NCBI GenBank assembly: GCA_964016885.1
Contig: OZ024744.1
Span: 116,932,001 to 116,996,000, forward strand
Reading direction: 5' to 3'
Origin: Eledone cirrhosa
Taxonomy: Eukaryota
DNA: 64,000 nt
Shown in pieces: positions 1-12,774 of the stretch (positions are counted from its first letter, which is position 1; every line of letters starts with the position of its first letter). Both the position numbers and the translations under genes were made by a program. Under the pieces are notes generated by a model. It saw nothing but the letters and a program-made list of their open reading frames with translations. It had not been told where the DNA came from and ran no database searches.

Positions 1-222
1 ACCATAGCCTATTCGACCAATCAAACCTCAGCATGTCCCCCCTCACCCACTACCAACCCCAACAAACCCTGCCATTTCTACTACTACCTTCCTCTCTCCT
101 CCCCCGTCCCAGCCCAACACACCCTGCCATTATTACCACCACCACTGTTCTTCTAGCCTTGAATTCTCCTACCATTATGTATGGATGAGCTGAGAATAAA
201 TGGAGTAACCCTGAATTAATAA

Positions 223-3200
223 ATGAAAATGAATATGAATCCGCGAGCTACCAAGCACCCATGTGAAGCTTCAATTCAGAGACAGGAAGCACATGCACAC
301 CCCTGCAAAAATCGACCCTTCCCCACGAATGTTGACAAATGCCCAAAACTCCGAGTTGGAACCATCAATGTAAGCACAATGAAAGGAAGAGCAGGAGAAA
401 TCGTAGAGATGCTAGAGCGAAAGGAAATTAATGTATGCTGTGTGCAAGAGACTAGATGGAGAGGAGAGTCTGCTAGAGATCTTGCAGGAAAAAGTCAGTG
501 CTACAAATTTTTCTGGGTTGGAAATGACTATGGGATCGGTGGTGTAGGTATCCTACTAGTTGACAAATGGGTAGATAAGGTGAACAGGGTAAATGCAAGA
601 ATCATTAAACTCAGACTAGTCCTGAATAAAACAATTACCACAATAATATCAGCTTACGCACCCCAATCGGGGTTGCCAGACGAACTTAAGGATAGGTTTT
701 ATGAGTCCCTAATGCACACTACTGCTCTAACAAACGACAATGATTTCCTAATCATTGCAGCAGATTTTAACGGACACGTAGGTAAACACTGTGACGGCTT
801 CAATAGAGGCCATGGGGCTGGCACAAGAAATGAAGAAGGATTCAGACTTCTAGAATTCTGCGACGCCAATGACATGTCGTGGATTGGCAGTATCGGTGGA
901 GGGTCGGACGCCATGCTTTCCAGCATAGTTACGTCCCTTTACGATCTGAGTTCAAATCCCGCCGAGGTTGACTTTGCCTTTCATCCTTACGGGGTCGATA
1001 AAATAAAGTACCAGTAATGTACTGGGTAATTGCTGGCCTTGTGCCTAAAGTAGAAACAATTATGTAACACAAACTTCAAAAAACCTGACAACCACCTGAT
1101 CACCTATAGATCAGGCGAGCATTCTAATCAGATAGATTTTATCCTCATCAGAGGACATGACAGATGGGGGGTCGTAAACACAAAAGCCTTCCCTAGTGAG
1201 GAATGAACCTCCCAACATAACTTAGTTGTCAGCGACCTCACGGTCAGAACTAGACGAACCTGGAAACAGAAGCCAACCTGGAGAAGAAAGATCTGGAAGC
1301 TGAAAGACCCCTCAACCAGTAACAGATTTAAAGATATTTTACTCAACGCCTATGACAGTAAAGAACAGATAGAGACATTCAATGTAGAAGAGAACTGGGA
1401 GTTCCTAAAAAATAACTTACTAGAGGCGACAGATGAGATCTGTAGCTGGAGTAAGACCACAAGCAGGAGGAGAGTGACTTGGTGGTGGAACAATAAGGTA
1501 GATGAGGCAGTTAAGGCCAAGAGACAGGCATGGAAAGAATGGAAGAACGGGGGAAGCAGGGTACATTGCATAGAGACCAAGAGGGAAGCTAGGCGACAAG
1601 TATACTTAGCTAGGAGGGAAGCAGAGGATAGAAAATTCAAGCATGTTTTGCAACGTGAGGACCAGAAACAGGAGGTGTTCAAGATTGCAAGGCAGTGTGT
1701 CAGAGAGAATTGTGATGTCATTGGAGAGGTGTATCTGGAATAATAAAGGTGAGCTTGCCCTCACAAGTGCTGAGAAGAAAGATGCATGGAAGAGCCATTA
1801 TGATAGATTACTAAATGAGGAGAATGCATGGGAAGAAGAGACCCTACCCCAAGTAGACCCTATAGAGGGGCCAGCAGTACAAGTCAGCAGCAGCGTAGTA
1901 AGTACGGCAATCAAAGATATGAAGATGGGGAAGGCAATCGGTCTATTGGGTATAGCTGCCGAGATGCTGAAGGCATCTGGGTCTGTAGGTCACACTATAA
2001 CCACACGTATTGTTAACCAGGTAATACTAGGTGTCATACCAAAAGATTGGTGCAGTAGCATCATTGTCAACTGCTACAAAGGTAAAGGTGATGCACTAGA
2101 TAGAGGAAACTATAGAGGTATAAAGCTGATGGACCAGGTCATGAAAGTAACAGAAAGAGTTATAGCACAGTTGATTAGGGACCGGGTGAAACTAGATGAG
2201 ATGCAATTTGGGTTTGTACCAGGAAAAGGCACTACTGATGCCCTCTTCCATGTGAGGCAGTTACAGGAAAAGTACCTAGCTAAAAGTAAGCCACTCTACC
2301 TGGCATTCGTCGTTCTCGAGAAATCCTTTGACAGAGTTCCACGTGCTATAATCTGGTAGGCTCTTAGAAAACTAGGAGTAGATGAATGGCTTGTGAAAGC
2401 TGTACAAGCCATGTATAGGGGAGCAGTCAGCAAAGTAAGGATTAGCAATGAATATAGCGAAGAATTTAGCGTACAGGTTGGTGTCCACCAGGGCTCTGTT
2501 CTTAGCCCTCTCCTGTTCATCATAGTTCTGCAGGCAATAACAGAGGAGTTTAAGAACGGATGCCCATGGGAACTCCTGTATACAGATGAACTCGCACTTA
2601 TAGCTGAATCTATGGTAGAACTAGAGAAGAAATTCCAAACTTGGAAGCAGGGACTAGAAAGAAAGGGTCTCAAAGTCAACCTGACAAAGACTAAGGTCCT
2701 TGTAAGTAGACTAGAAAACAGAATCGAGATCCCCTCAGGGAAATGGCCTTGCTCAGTATGTAGGAAAGGTGTAGGTAGGAACTCCATTCTCTGCCCCAAA
2801 TGCAAACAATGGGTACACAAGAGATGTTGCGGGATCTCAGGAAGCTTAATTAAGAATGTAGGCTTCACATGCAGCAGCTGTACTGGGACAGCAAGCAGCA
2901 AACAGCCACAGGAACAAGTACCACCAATCTCTGGGAGGGCTCTGTAGAAACAGTAGACAGCTTCTGCTACCTAGGTGACCGAATTAGCAGCGGAGGTGGG
3001 TGTTCAGAAAGTACAATAACTAGGGTAAGAACGGGATGGAAGAAATTCAGGGAACTACTGCCACTGCTAGCTGCAAAAGCCTTTTCCCTCAAAATGAAAG
3101 GCAGACTGTATGATGCGTGTATACGAACAACAATGTTACATGGTAGTGAGACCTGGGCGCTGAAGGTGGAAGACTTACGTAGATTAGAAAGAAACGAAGC

Positions 3201-3645
3201 CTGCATGCTCTGATGGATGTGTAATAGTAATATACGTGAACGGCAAAGCATAAGAGGAATCAAATGCTGTGTGCAGGAGAGGCGGTTGTGTTGGTATGGA
3301 CATGTGATGCATAAGAAAGGTTGAGAGCTGCATAAAAAGGTGCAGAGCACTAGAAGTCAATGGAAACCGCGGAGTCGGGAGACCCAAGAAGACCTGGGAT
3401 GAGGTGATAAAAGCCGGCCTTACCCAATTACACCTCTCAAAGGTGATGACACATGACCGTGACCTCCAGCATCACGCAGTAACACAGAGTACCCGACCTC
3501 CCATGGGTACAAGCTGAAGCATATAGACAGTATGCCCCCACATCCTCCCACTGAAAAGTGGTCGTGGAGGTGCCATGGCAAAAAAGCACCCAGCCCACAC
3601 TGTAAAGTGGACGTGTAGGCGCCACGGAAAAAAGCACCCAGCCCA
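223..3645 (+). mobile_element. Near full-length decayed RTE-clade LINE (APE endonuclease + reverse transcriptase + 3' UTR), with frameshifts and stops
   Basis: ORF pieces carry APE motifs (GTINVSTM, CVQETRW, SAYAPQ, ADFNGHVG) and RT motifs (KGKGD..NYRGIKL, QFGFVPGKGTTDA, GVHQGSVLSPLLF, YTDE in place of YADD, FCYLG, MLHGSETW). Multiple stops and frameshifts. Confidence 0.95.
878..1062 (+). mobile_element. tRNA-derived SINE (family A) inserted in the RTE endonuclease region
   Basis: A-box-like TGGCAGTATCGG, B-box GAGTTCAAATCC, body GCCTTTCATCCTTACGGGGTCGATAAAATAAAGTACCAG, tail AGAAACAATTAT. Near-identical to copies at 32793, 46191-46796 and 46987. Interrupts the FCDAND..CNTNF APE frame. Confidence 0.9.
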
Positions 3646-4050
3646 TTGCTACAAAGGTAAAGGGGATGCTCTGGAGAGGAGCAATTATAGGGGTATAAAA
3701 CTGATGGATCCGGGTTTTATGAAAGTGGCAGAAAGGATATTAGCACAATTAATTAGAGAAAGGGTTAAACTAGATGAGATGCAGTTTGGTTTTGTGCTTG
3801 GGAAAAGTACAACAGATGCCCTCTTCTTGGTGAGACAATTACAAGAGAGGTTCTTAGAGAAAAAAAGCCACTATACTTAGCCTTTGTTGACCTAGAGAAG
3901 GCATTTGATAGGGTACCCCAATCTGTCATCTGGTGGTCCCTGAGGAAACTAGGTGTTGAGGAATGGCTTGTGAGGACAGTGCAAACTTTGTACAGAAGTG
4001 CTGTCAGTAAAGTCAGGGTAGGAATGGAGTTTAGTGAGGAATTCCAGCTA
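3646..4050 (+). mobile_element. Second RTE reverse-transcriptase fragment
   Basis: CYKGKGDALERSNYRGIKLMD...QFGFVLGKSTTDALF. The nucleotide sequence closely matches the minus-strand RTE at 35540-35930. Confidence 0.9.
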
Positions 4051-4061
4051 TCATGTACATC

Positions 4062-4842
4062 AAGGACTATATAGACATACCTGTAATAGGAGTATATAGA
4101 CATACCTGTAATAGGACTATATAGACATACCTGTAATAGGACTATACAGACATACCTGTAATAGGACTGTATAGACATACCTGTAATAGGACTATATAGA
4201 CATACCTGTAATAGGACTATACAGACATACCTGTAATAGGACTGTATAGACATACCTGTAATAGGACTATACAGACATACCTGTAATAGGACTATATAGA
4301 CATACCTGTAATAGGACTATATAGACATACCTGTAATAGGACTATATAGACATACCTGTAATAGGACTATATAGACATACCTGTAATAGGACTATATAGA
4401 CATACCTGTAATAGGACTATATAGACATACCTGTAATAGGACTGTACAGACATACCTGTAATAGGACTATATAGACATACCTGTAATAGGACTATACAGA
4501 CATACCTGTAATAGGACTATACAGACATACCTGTAATAGGACTATATAGACATACCTGTAATAGGACTATATAGACATACCTGTAATAGGACTGTACAGA
4601 CATACCTGTAATAGGACTATATAGACATACCTGTAATAGGACTGTACAGACATACCTATAATAGGACTATATAGACATACCTGTAATAGGACTATATAGA
4701 CATACCTGTAATAGGACTGTACAGACATACCTGTAATAGGACTGTACAGACATACCTGTAATAGGACTGTACAGACATACCTATAATAGGACTATATAGA
4801 CATACCTGTAATAGGACTGTACAGACATACCTGTAATAGGTC
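4062..4842. repeat. 25-bp minisatellite (AGGACTATATAGACATACCTGTAAT), about 31 copies
   Basis: Tandem period of 25 read directly. Confidence 0.97.
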
Positions 4843-4927
4843 TATATCATGCAATAAAATATAAATAATTCAAATGTTTCCTTCGTATAAATTATTTTTT
4901 AGTTATGTATTTTATGTTATAATAATT

Positions 4928-5192
4928 TTATATATATATGTGTGTGTGTGTCTATTAATACATGTGTGTGTGTGTATTAATGTATGTGTGTGTGTATTAA
5001 TGTATGTGTGTGTGTATTTATGTGTGTGTGTATTTGTGTATGTGTGTGTGTCTATTAATGTGAGTGTGTGTATTAATGTATGTGTGTGTATGTATGTGTG
5101 TGTGTATTAATGTGTGTATGTGTGTGTATTAATGCATGTGAGCGTGTGTGTGTGTGTGTGTGTGTGTGTATTAATGTATGTGAGTGTGAGTG
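4928..5192. repeat. Degenerate (TG)n / TATTAATG microsatellite
   Basis: Direct inspection. Confidence 0.9.
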
Positions 5193-5579
5193 TTTCAAAT
5201 ATTGAAAGAGTCAGAAATGGTAAAGATACTTTTATTGAGGAATTGGTAAGAATTGTCATAGGAACAATTTGGTTTTGAAAAAAAATGGAACAGGCTATGT
5301 AGCCGGTAAACGGCTATGTAGCTAGTAAAAGGCTATATAGCTGGTAAAAGTGTCAGACATGAGTTGTGGCCCAAGTTAAGACAATTTGAAATCTTTTCCA
5401 TCATCAATTGTTAAAAAAACAAGTTAAAATCATTTAGTCATCCATTTGTAACGTGTTACAATTTAGTTACATACACACACATCTACACGTAAAAATACAG
5501 CGATGTATGTTGTGTCCCTTTAGGGCTTACCGGCTACATAGCCGGTAAATAAACTGGAGTTTTGCCAACATTTTATAAT

Positions 5580-5865
5580 TGTATCTGTTTTCACTGTCCA
5601 CTATGCTGCTGCTATCATGACAATTGTTTAACATCAATTGTTCGAATATTCTCACCATTCTTCATATTAAAAAGCATTTTTTTCAACAACCTTTTTCTGT
5701 AATGGGTTTTCAAGGGGCGTATTGTGCATAAATCCAGTGGTTGTAAAACTGCGGTGTAATTTGGTGGAAGATACTCGACCCTAACATTATCTAAATAAGG
5801 CAGTTTTCTATGTACGGAACAGTTGTCTACCAACAGCAATATTTCCTGTTTTGTCTTCCTCGTTT
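5580..5865 (-). mobile_element. Tigger/pogo DDE_1 transposase fragment
   Basis: LLLVDNCSVH...VEYLPPNYTAVLQPLDLCTIRPLKTHYRK matches the pogo/Tigger DN..H / LPPN.T..LQP.D motif. Confidence 0.85.
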
Positions 5866-6019
5866 TATTGTATGTTCATGTATGTGTATATATATGTGTA
5901 TGCATTCTTTGAAGAAATGATCGTTAGCAATTAAATACATTAAACACAATTTGATTGTTATTTATGTTGTAATATCTGATATTTAAAATTGTATATATAA
6001 CTATAACTATATATATATA

Positions 6020-6613
6020 CTAGCCGAATTACCGCGCCTTGTTGCGTTTCACACATTTTTTTTGTAAGAAAATGATGATTGATTTTAAATCAGTGATATA
6101 ATTTACGGAGAAAAACTCTGCATTTCAATATTACTCAATGTAAAATGAAATGCATGAAAAATTGGAAAACATTATTTTTTGTAATATATCAAATCAAAAA
6201 TACATTATTAAATCTTATCCTTATTTTCTTGTAAATAATTTTTTTCAAAATATCAATTCAAAACTTGATCATTTCATTTTTGTGTAAAGCTTTATTTTAT
6301 TTGGCCTTCCAAAATTCTCACTATAGGGGGTTTAACCCCCATTAGGGTGTCTTAATTTTATTGAAATTTTGTGAATAGGTATCATATCTTGTCATTTACC
6401 TATGGTTTAAATTTCATATAAATTGAAGGGAACAAATTTTCAGTGCGGGTTTGTCTGCTCGGGGAACCCTTTGATTAAAATTAAATATACTTATCCAAGT
6501 ACCCTGGGCAATGTAGTTTCAGAATATATATGGTTATGGGGGTCTATCTCCAAAACCATAGGAGGAGTTCGTGAACAAACAAATTAACAGACAGGAATAC
6601 AACTTTATATATA
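6020..6613 (-). mobile_element. Non-autonomous Helitron-like element
   Basis: CTAG end next to a GC-rich CGCGCCTTGTTGCG hairpin. The other end is ACAGACAG...CTTTATATATA, the same architecture as the elements at 40154 and 45166. Confidence 0.6.
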
Positions 6614-6794
6614 AATTGCACAAAACTTTCCTGTATTACAGCTCCACATTATACCTTAACGGATAGTACGAACTATACGCGGATATTTTACGTCTTGATG
6701 TGGTAGCTAAGTATATGTTATGTTTATACCATTACTTATTTGTTTAGGGAACGTTTCCACGAACCAAAGTATCGTCTTCCTGTCTTCCTTCGGT

Positions 6795-6970
6795 TGCAAC
6801 GTTATTTGAAATATTTACTTCTGCGTTCACAGATTGACTTTTTTAGTTTCAGAAGATCCCGTTAAGGGTGAAAGCAGCGATTCTTTGCTTAAACTTTAAT
6901 CTGTTATTTTAATAAATATTTGCTCTTCGGTTCTTATATATCTGATATATATTTATCCTTATCGAGCCCT
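6795..6970 (+). mobile_element. Internal fragments of the Helitron-like family at 38784-41028
   Basis: Matches 39085-39200 (GAAATATTTACTTCTGCGTTCACAGATTGA...CTTTAATCTGTT) and 40470-40523. Confidence 0.75.
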
Positions 6971-7114
6971 CTTTGGATTTTAGTCTTCAAATTTATTATT
7001 ACTATATATATATATATTTGAGCAACTTCTGTCTGTCACACACTAGAGATGACTGAGGAAGGAAGGGGTGATGTGTGTACAAACTATATTATTTTTGTGT
7101 GTCTATAATAACGA

Positions 7115-7200
7115 TACAGTGAAATTCCGTTATAACAAAATTCATGGGGTATAAAATAATTTGTTCTAACGAAAAATTGTTTATAACGAAATCGGCCGAA
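7115..7200 (+). mobile_element. Tigger-type terminal inverted repeat fragment
   Basis: TA|CAGTGAAATTCCGTTATAAC followed by repeated ATAACGAA subterminal motifs. Confidence 0.5.
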
Positions 7201-7228
7201 ACAAGCCATTGTGTTGAAAAGAATTCTA

Positions 7229-7266
<38 letters not shown>

Positions 7267-7705
7267 TAAAAACAATGAATAAAAACAAAGAACCAGTTCC
7301 TTATATTTAAAAATTCATCATTTTACGATCGTTTCTAGGATATATGTGTGTGCTGGTATATATATCGTATAGATCTATGTAAAAATATTACAAACTATCA
7401 GAGGAAATATACATACCTACACATATATATGCTGTTCTTTGTTTTTATTCATTGTTTTTATTAATTTATCTTGACTATGATTTTCATCGAAAATTTTTGA
7501 ATGTATCTTCTCTTTTCATGATATTTGGATTACATTGAGTTCTTCATACGGATTGGACACTACCGTATATTTTGGTAGATTTATCTACATATATTAATAC
7601 ATATATATATATATATATATATATAACAAGCTTATCATATTTTTCCTCCATCTAACATATAACCCCCTCCCATATTACACACAACTCGCACTGCAGAGAA
7701 CTCAC

Positions 7706-7779
7706 CTTATCAACTGTCAACTTGAAATCTGAGAGTACCATTCTGTCCAGTAGTGTCAAACACCATTGATATACCTTTT
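7706..7779 (-). CDS. Candidate internal exon (KVYQWCLTLLDRMVLSDFKLTVDK), unidentified
   Basis: Acceptor ttgcttcAG, strong donor AAG|GTGAG, only one open frame. No homology recognised. Confidence 0.25.
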
Positions 7780-7849
7780 CTGAAGCAAGGCTTTCTACCC
7801 AGTTTCATCTACTCAACCATCCCACCAAGTCTCTTTACCCTTGATACTG

Positions 7850-8020
7850 ACAACCACCTCACCAACACTCTACCCTGTGATATCTATACAACCACCCCAC
7901 CAACCATCTCTACCCTGTGATATCGATACAACCACCCCACCAACCATCTCTACCCTGTGATATCGATACAACCACCCCACCAACCATCTCTACCCTGTGA
8001 TATAGATACAGCCACCCTGT
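7850..8020. repeat. 40-bp tandem repeat, about 4 copies
   Basis: TACCCTGTGA recurs at 7871, 7911, 7951 and 7991. Confidence 0.9.
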
Positions 8021-8400
8021 AAATGAGGTTGGTGTTAGGAAGGACATCCAGCTGTAGAAAAACCAGCCAGAAGCAGTTCTGTATGAGCGAGACATGGTCA
8101 CTTGACCGATCTTGCCTCAAGTGGGACAAACTTGTCCAACCCATGCATCATCATCATCATCACCTTCATAATCATTGTCATCATCATCATCACCACCACC
8201 ATCATTACCATGCATCCATTTTTTCCCCACTTGTATGTGTTGGACAGGTCCTTCTCGGCATAAGATCTTTCCACTTGTCCCATTCCTTCATCATCCTCTC
8301 TGTGAGTCTTGGTGATTATTTGAGGTCAAGACCATGGAGATAGGCCAAGGTCTTCCTTTGTAGTCCTCTACCGTGGTTTCCTTCCACTTGGATATCCTCA
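8018..8400. mobile_element. RTE/SINE 3' tail (+) facing an RTE 3' end (-) across a (CAT)n tract
   Basis: GGTGTTAGGAAGGACATCCAGCTGTAGAAA tail motif as at 31167. The minus strand encodes an RTE C-terminal-like GNHGRGLQRKTL. Confidence 0.65.
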
Positions 8401-8637
8401 TAAAACAGCCTTCAACTATTTTAAACAAACAACAAAGAAATGTTTTTGTTCTTATATAATATCAACAACATTTACTGTCAACAAAATGAAAGGTAGGAAG
8501 GAAGTGTGTAGTTTTATCTAAAATTATTACAATCTGTTGACTTATTATCAGACCTCAGCCAGTCATAATAGTATTTCATTAAGATAAGCGTTTTCTACTT
8601 GTACTATTTATACCAATTATCTATTAATCCTATTTTG

Positions 8638-8712
<75 letters not shown>

Positions 8713-8790
8713 ATATATATCAAATATATGTATATATATATATGTCATCTTTCAGTGGACTTGAGGACATTTCAAGAAAGAAATTACTTT

Positions 8791-9566
8791 TACTCTCAAG
8801 TCCCAAATAATACGGGTGTGGGTGGAATAAGCATGGGGATGGTGTGTGGGTGGGGTGGGGGTGTATGCATGCGGAACAAGCGAGGAGGGGTGGTGGTGGT
8901 GCTGGCTTTGGAAAATTAGAAATTTTTCTTGCCTATCTCCATGGATTTTTTAAAAACTAGAAAGCTAGAGAATGACTCCCCTCCTATTGACATGGGAATA
9001 CCCCTCCCCCCTTCTGAAGCCCTCCCTCCTGGCTCAGAAGCACTTTGGGTCCAGTGGAAGACACTCAACCCCCTGAGAACAGGAATGGGGAGATCAAAAG
9101 CTGCTATGGCCAGATGGGGCTACAAGACCGACCCAACCATCTGCTAATGTGGAGAAGAGGACCATACGATGCAGCACTGTCTTGTTTGCCCTCTACTACC
9201 CAACCAGTGCAGCTTAAAAGATCTCGCAGAATTTAATAATAATGCAAAGGACTGTGTAAAGAAATGGGGAAACTCTCATATAACCACATGCTTCGAAGAT
9301 AGGAAAAGAAGTCGTCGTTTAGTTTACATATTGAGACCCCAACCCATCCTATTTATTTTATAATATCTGGGATTTCTAATAATGTATTTTGTTTTGTTAA
9401 GTGTAATGTTTTTTTAATGTCTAAAGAAAATTAAAATAAATTTTTGCCGGGGATAGATTAGCAAAATTTACTAAACAGGGATGTAGGTGTGGGGTGGAAT
9501 AAGAGGAAGGGGTGAGTGGAATACATCTGAAATAAGGATGACGATGATTATTGAAAACCTGGGAAT
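8791..9566. mobile_element. Tc1/mariner-type MITE with a nested LINE fragment
   Basis: TA-CTCTCAAGTCCCAAATAAT terminus and a degenerate inverse end. The internal ATTGAGACCCCAACCCATCCTATTTATTTTATAA is shared with 32354-33159. Confidence 0.6.
8945..9305 (+). mobile_element. 3' end of a non-LTR retrotransposon with a C-terminal CCHC zinc finger
   Basis: WKTLNPLRTGMGRSKAAMARWGY...C*CGEEDHTMQHCLVCP, a typical LINE ORF2 C-terminus. Confidence 0.75.
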
Positions 9567-9756
9567 ATCTTATATACTTGAATATAAGCCAAGGAACCAA
9601 AGAACAAAAATCAATGGTAAAATGGTGGGGTGGGTGGCAGCGTCAGCTCACAACTAAACACCTGCTAATTAATGGCCTCAGATTATAAATAGAGGTTTGC
9701 AATTATTGTAACTATTTCTCAAACATAAAATAGTGGAGGGGCAGTGCATTCCCCAA

Positions 9757-12493
9757 CCTGTCGGCCAGGACCAGAGGTGCAGTGGCTGTTTCAGTGTCTC
9801 CCTTGCTGTCCTCCAGGGCAGTGTCTTCTCTATCCTGTCGGCCAGGACCAGAGGTGGAGTGGCTGTTTCAGTGTCTCCCTTGCTGTCCTCCAGGGCAATG
9901 TCTTCTGTATCCTGTCAGCCAGGACCAGAGGTGGAGTGGCTGTTTCAGTGTCTCCCTTGCTGTCCTCCAGGGCAATGTCTTCTCTATCCTGTCGGCCAGG
10001 ACCAGAGGTGGAGTGGCTGTTTCAGTGTCTCCCTTGCTGTCCTCCAGGGCAGTGTCTTCTCTATCCTGTTGACCAGAGGTGTAGTGGCTGTTTCAGTGTC
10101 TCCCTTGCTGTCCTCCAGGGCAGTGTCTTCTCTATCCTGTTGACCAGAGGTGTAGTGGCTGTTTCAGTGTCTCCCTTGCTGTCCTCCAGGGCAGTGTCTT
10201 CTCTATCCTGTTGACCAGAGGTGGAGTGGCTGTTTCAGTGTCTCCCTTGCTGTCCTCCAGGGCAGTGTCTTCTCTATCCTGTTGACCAGAGGTGGAGTGG
10301 CTGTTTCAGTGTCTCCCTTGCTGTCCTCCAGGGCAGTGTCTTCTCTATCCTGTTGACCAGAGGTGTAGTGGCTGTTTCAGTGTCTCCCTTGCTGTCCTCC
10401 AGGGCAGTGTCTTCTGTATCCTGTTGACCAGAGGTGCAGTGGCTGTTTCAGTGTCTCCCTTGCTGTCCTCCAGGGCAGTGTCTTCTGTATCCTGTCGGCC
10501 AGGACCAGAGGTGCAGTGGCTGTTTCAGTGTCTCCCTTGCTGTCCTCCAGGGCAGTGTCTTCTCTATCCTGTTGGCCAGGACCAGAGGTGGAGTGGCTGT
10601 TTCAGTGTCTCCCTTGCTGTCCTCCAGGGCAGTGTCTTCTCTATCCTGTTGACCAGGACCAGAGGTGCAGTGGCTGTTTCAGTGTCTCCCTTGCTGTCCT
10701 CCAGGGCAGTGTCTTCTCTATCCTGTTGACCAGGACCAGAGGTGCAGTGGCTGTTTCAGTGTCTCCCTTGCTGTCCTCCAGGGCAATGTCTTCTGTATCC
10801 TGTCGGCCAGGACCAGAGGTGGAGTGGCTGTTTCAGTGTCTCCCTTGCTGTCCTCCAGGGCAATGTCTTCTCTATCCTGTTGACCAGGACCAGAGGTGCA
10901 GTGGCTGTTTCAGTGTCTCCCTTGCTGTCCTCCAGGGCAATGTCTTCTGTATCCTGTCGGCCAGGACCAGAGGTGGAGTGGCTGTTTCAGTGTCTCCCTT
11001 GCTGTCCTCCAGGGCAGTGTCTTCTGTATCCTGTTGACCAGGACCAGAGGTGCAGTGGCTGTTTCAGTGTCTCCCTTGCTGTCCTCCAGGGCAATGTCTT
11101 CTGTATCCTGTTGGCCAGGACCAGAGGTGCAGTGGCTGTTTCAGTGTCTCCCTTGCTGTCCTCCAGGGCAATGTCTTCTGTATCCTGTCGGCCAGGACCA
11201 GAGGTGCAGTGGCTGTTTCAGTGTCTCCCTTGCTGTCCTCCAGGGCAATGTCTTCTGTATCCTGTTGGCCAGGACCAGAGGTGCAGTGGCTGTTTCAGTG
11301 TCTCCCTTGCTGTCCTCCAGGGCAATGTCTTCTGTATCCTGTTGACCAGGACCAGAGGTGCAGTGGCTGTTTCAGTGTCTCCCTTGCTGTCCTCCAGGGC
11401 AATGTCTTCTGTATCCTGTTGGCCAGGACCAGAGGTGGAGTGGCTGTTTCAGTGTCTCCCTTGCTGTCCTCCAGGGCAGTGTCTTCTCTATCCTGTTGAC
11501 CAGGACCAGAGGTGCAGTGGCTGTTTCAGTGTCTCCCTTGCTGTCCTCCAGGGCAGTGTCTTCTGTATCCTGTTGACCAGAGGTGCAGTGGCTGTTTCAG
11601 TGTCTCCCTTGCTGTCCTCCAGGGCAATGTCTTCTGTATCCTGTTGGCCAGGACCAGAGGTGGAGTGGCTGTTTCAGTGTCTCCCTTGCTGTCCTCCAGG
11701 GCAGTGTCTTCTCTATCCTGTTGACCAGGACCAGAGGTGCAGTGGCTGTTTCAGTGTCTCCCTTGCTGTCCTCCAGGGCAGTGTCTTCTCTATCCTGTTG
11801 ACCAGGACCAGAGGTGCAGTGGCTGTTTCAGTGTCTCCCTTGCTGTCCTCCAGGGCAATGTCTTCTGTATCCTGTTGGCCAGGACCAGAGGTGGAGTGGC
11901 TGTTTCAGTGTCTCCCTTGCTGTCCTCCAGGGCAGTGTCTTCTCTATCCTGTTGACCAGGACCAGAGGTGCAGTGGCTGTTTCAGTGTCTCCCTTGCTGT
12001 CCTCCAGGGCAGTGTCTTCTGTATCCTGTTGACCAGAGGTGCAGTGGCTGTTTCAGTGTCTCCCTTGCTGTCCTCCAGGGCAATGTCTTCTGTATCCTGT
12101 TGGCCAGGACCAGAGGTGGAGTGGCTGTTTCAGTGTCTCCCTTGCTGTCCTCCAGGGCAGTGTCTTCTCTATCCTGTTGACCAGGACCAGAGGTGCAGTG
12201 GCTGTTTCAGTGTCTCCCTTGCTGTCCTCCAGGGCAGTGTCTTCTCTATCCTGTTGACCAGGACCAGAGGTGCAGTGGCTGTTTCAGTGTCTCCCTTGCT
12301 GTCCTCCAGGGCAGTGTCTTCTGTATCCTGTTGACCAGAGGTGCAGTGGCTGTTTCAGTGTCTCCCTTGCTGTCCTCCAGGGCAGTGTCTTCTGTATCCT
12401 GTTGACCAGAGGTGTAGTGGCTGTTTCAGTGTCTCCCTTGCTGTCCTCCAGGGCAGTGTCTTCTGTATCCTGTCGGCCAGGACCAGAGGTGGA
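9757..12493. repeat. 77/71-bp GC-rich minisatellite, about 36 copies
   Basis: Unit CCAGGACCAGAGGTGCAGTGGCTGTTTCAGTGTCTCCCTTGCTGTCCTCCAGGGCAGTGTCTTCTCTATCCTGTTGA, with a 6-bp deletion variant. Confidence 0.97.
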
Positions 12494-12774
12494 GGTTAAG
12501 TTAGTTGGTGGTGGAGGATACTCTTGCACAACAACAACTAAAGTATATATCCATTTATACAACAGAGATTCTAACAGTAATCCTCACTCAAATCACAACT
12601 GACTTCTCTGAATAAAAGAATAGATTTGATAATTTACTCCTAGATTTACTGGTGAAAAGTGAGGATGGTCAAGGATGGAAACAATTACAAACGACAACAA
12701 AACAATAGAAACAAATAACCAGAACAAAACAACAACAATTACTGTTACTGTTGCTGCTAAGACTTCTATTACTA

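Noticed and set aside
223-3645. Active or intact LINE
   Set aside because: It has a SINE insertion, several stops and frameshifts, and YADD is mutated to YTDE.
5290-5550. GGCTATGTAGCCGGTAAA direct and inverted motifs as a regulatory site
   Set aside because: More likely subterminal repeats of a decayed DNA transposon whose ends cannot be defined.
9733-12602. Many plus-strand ORFs, including a 530-aa Cys-rich one
   Set aside because: They come from a 77/71-bp repeat cycling through all three frames, with stops set by a single variant.
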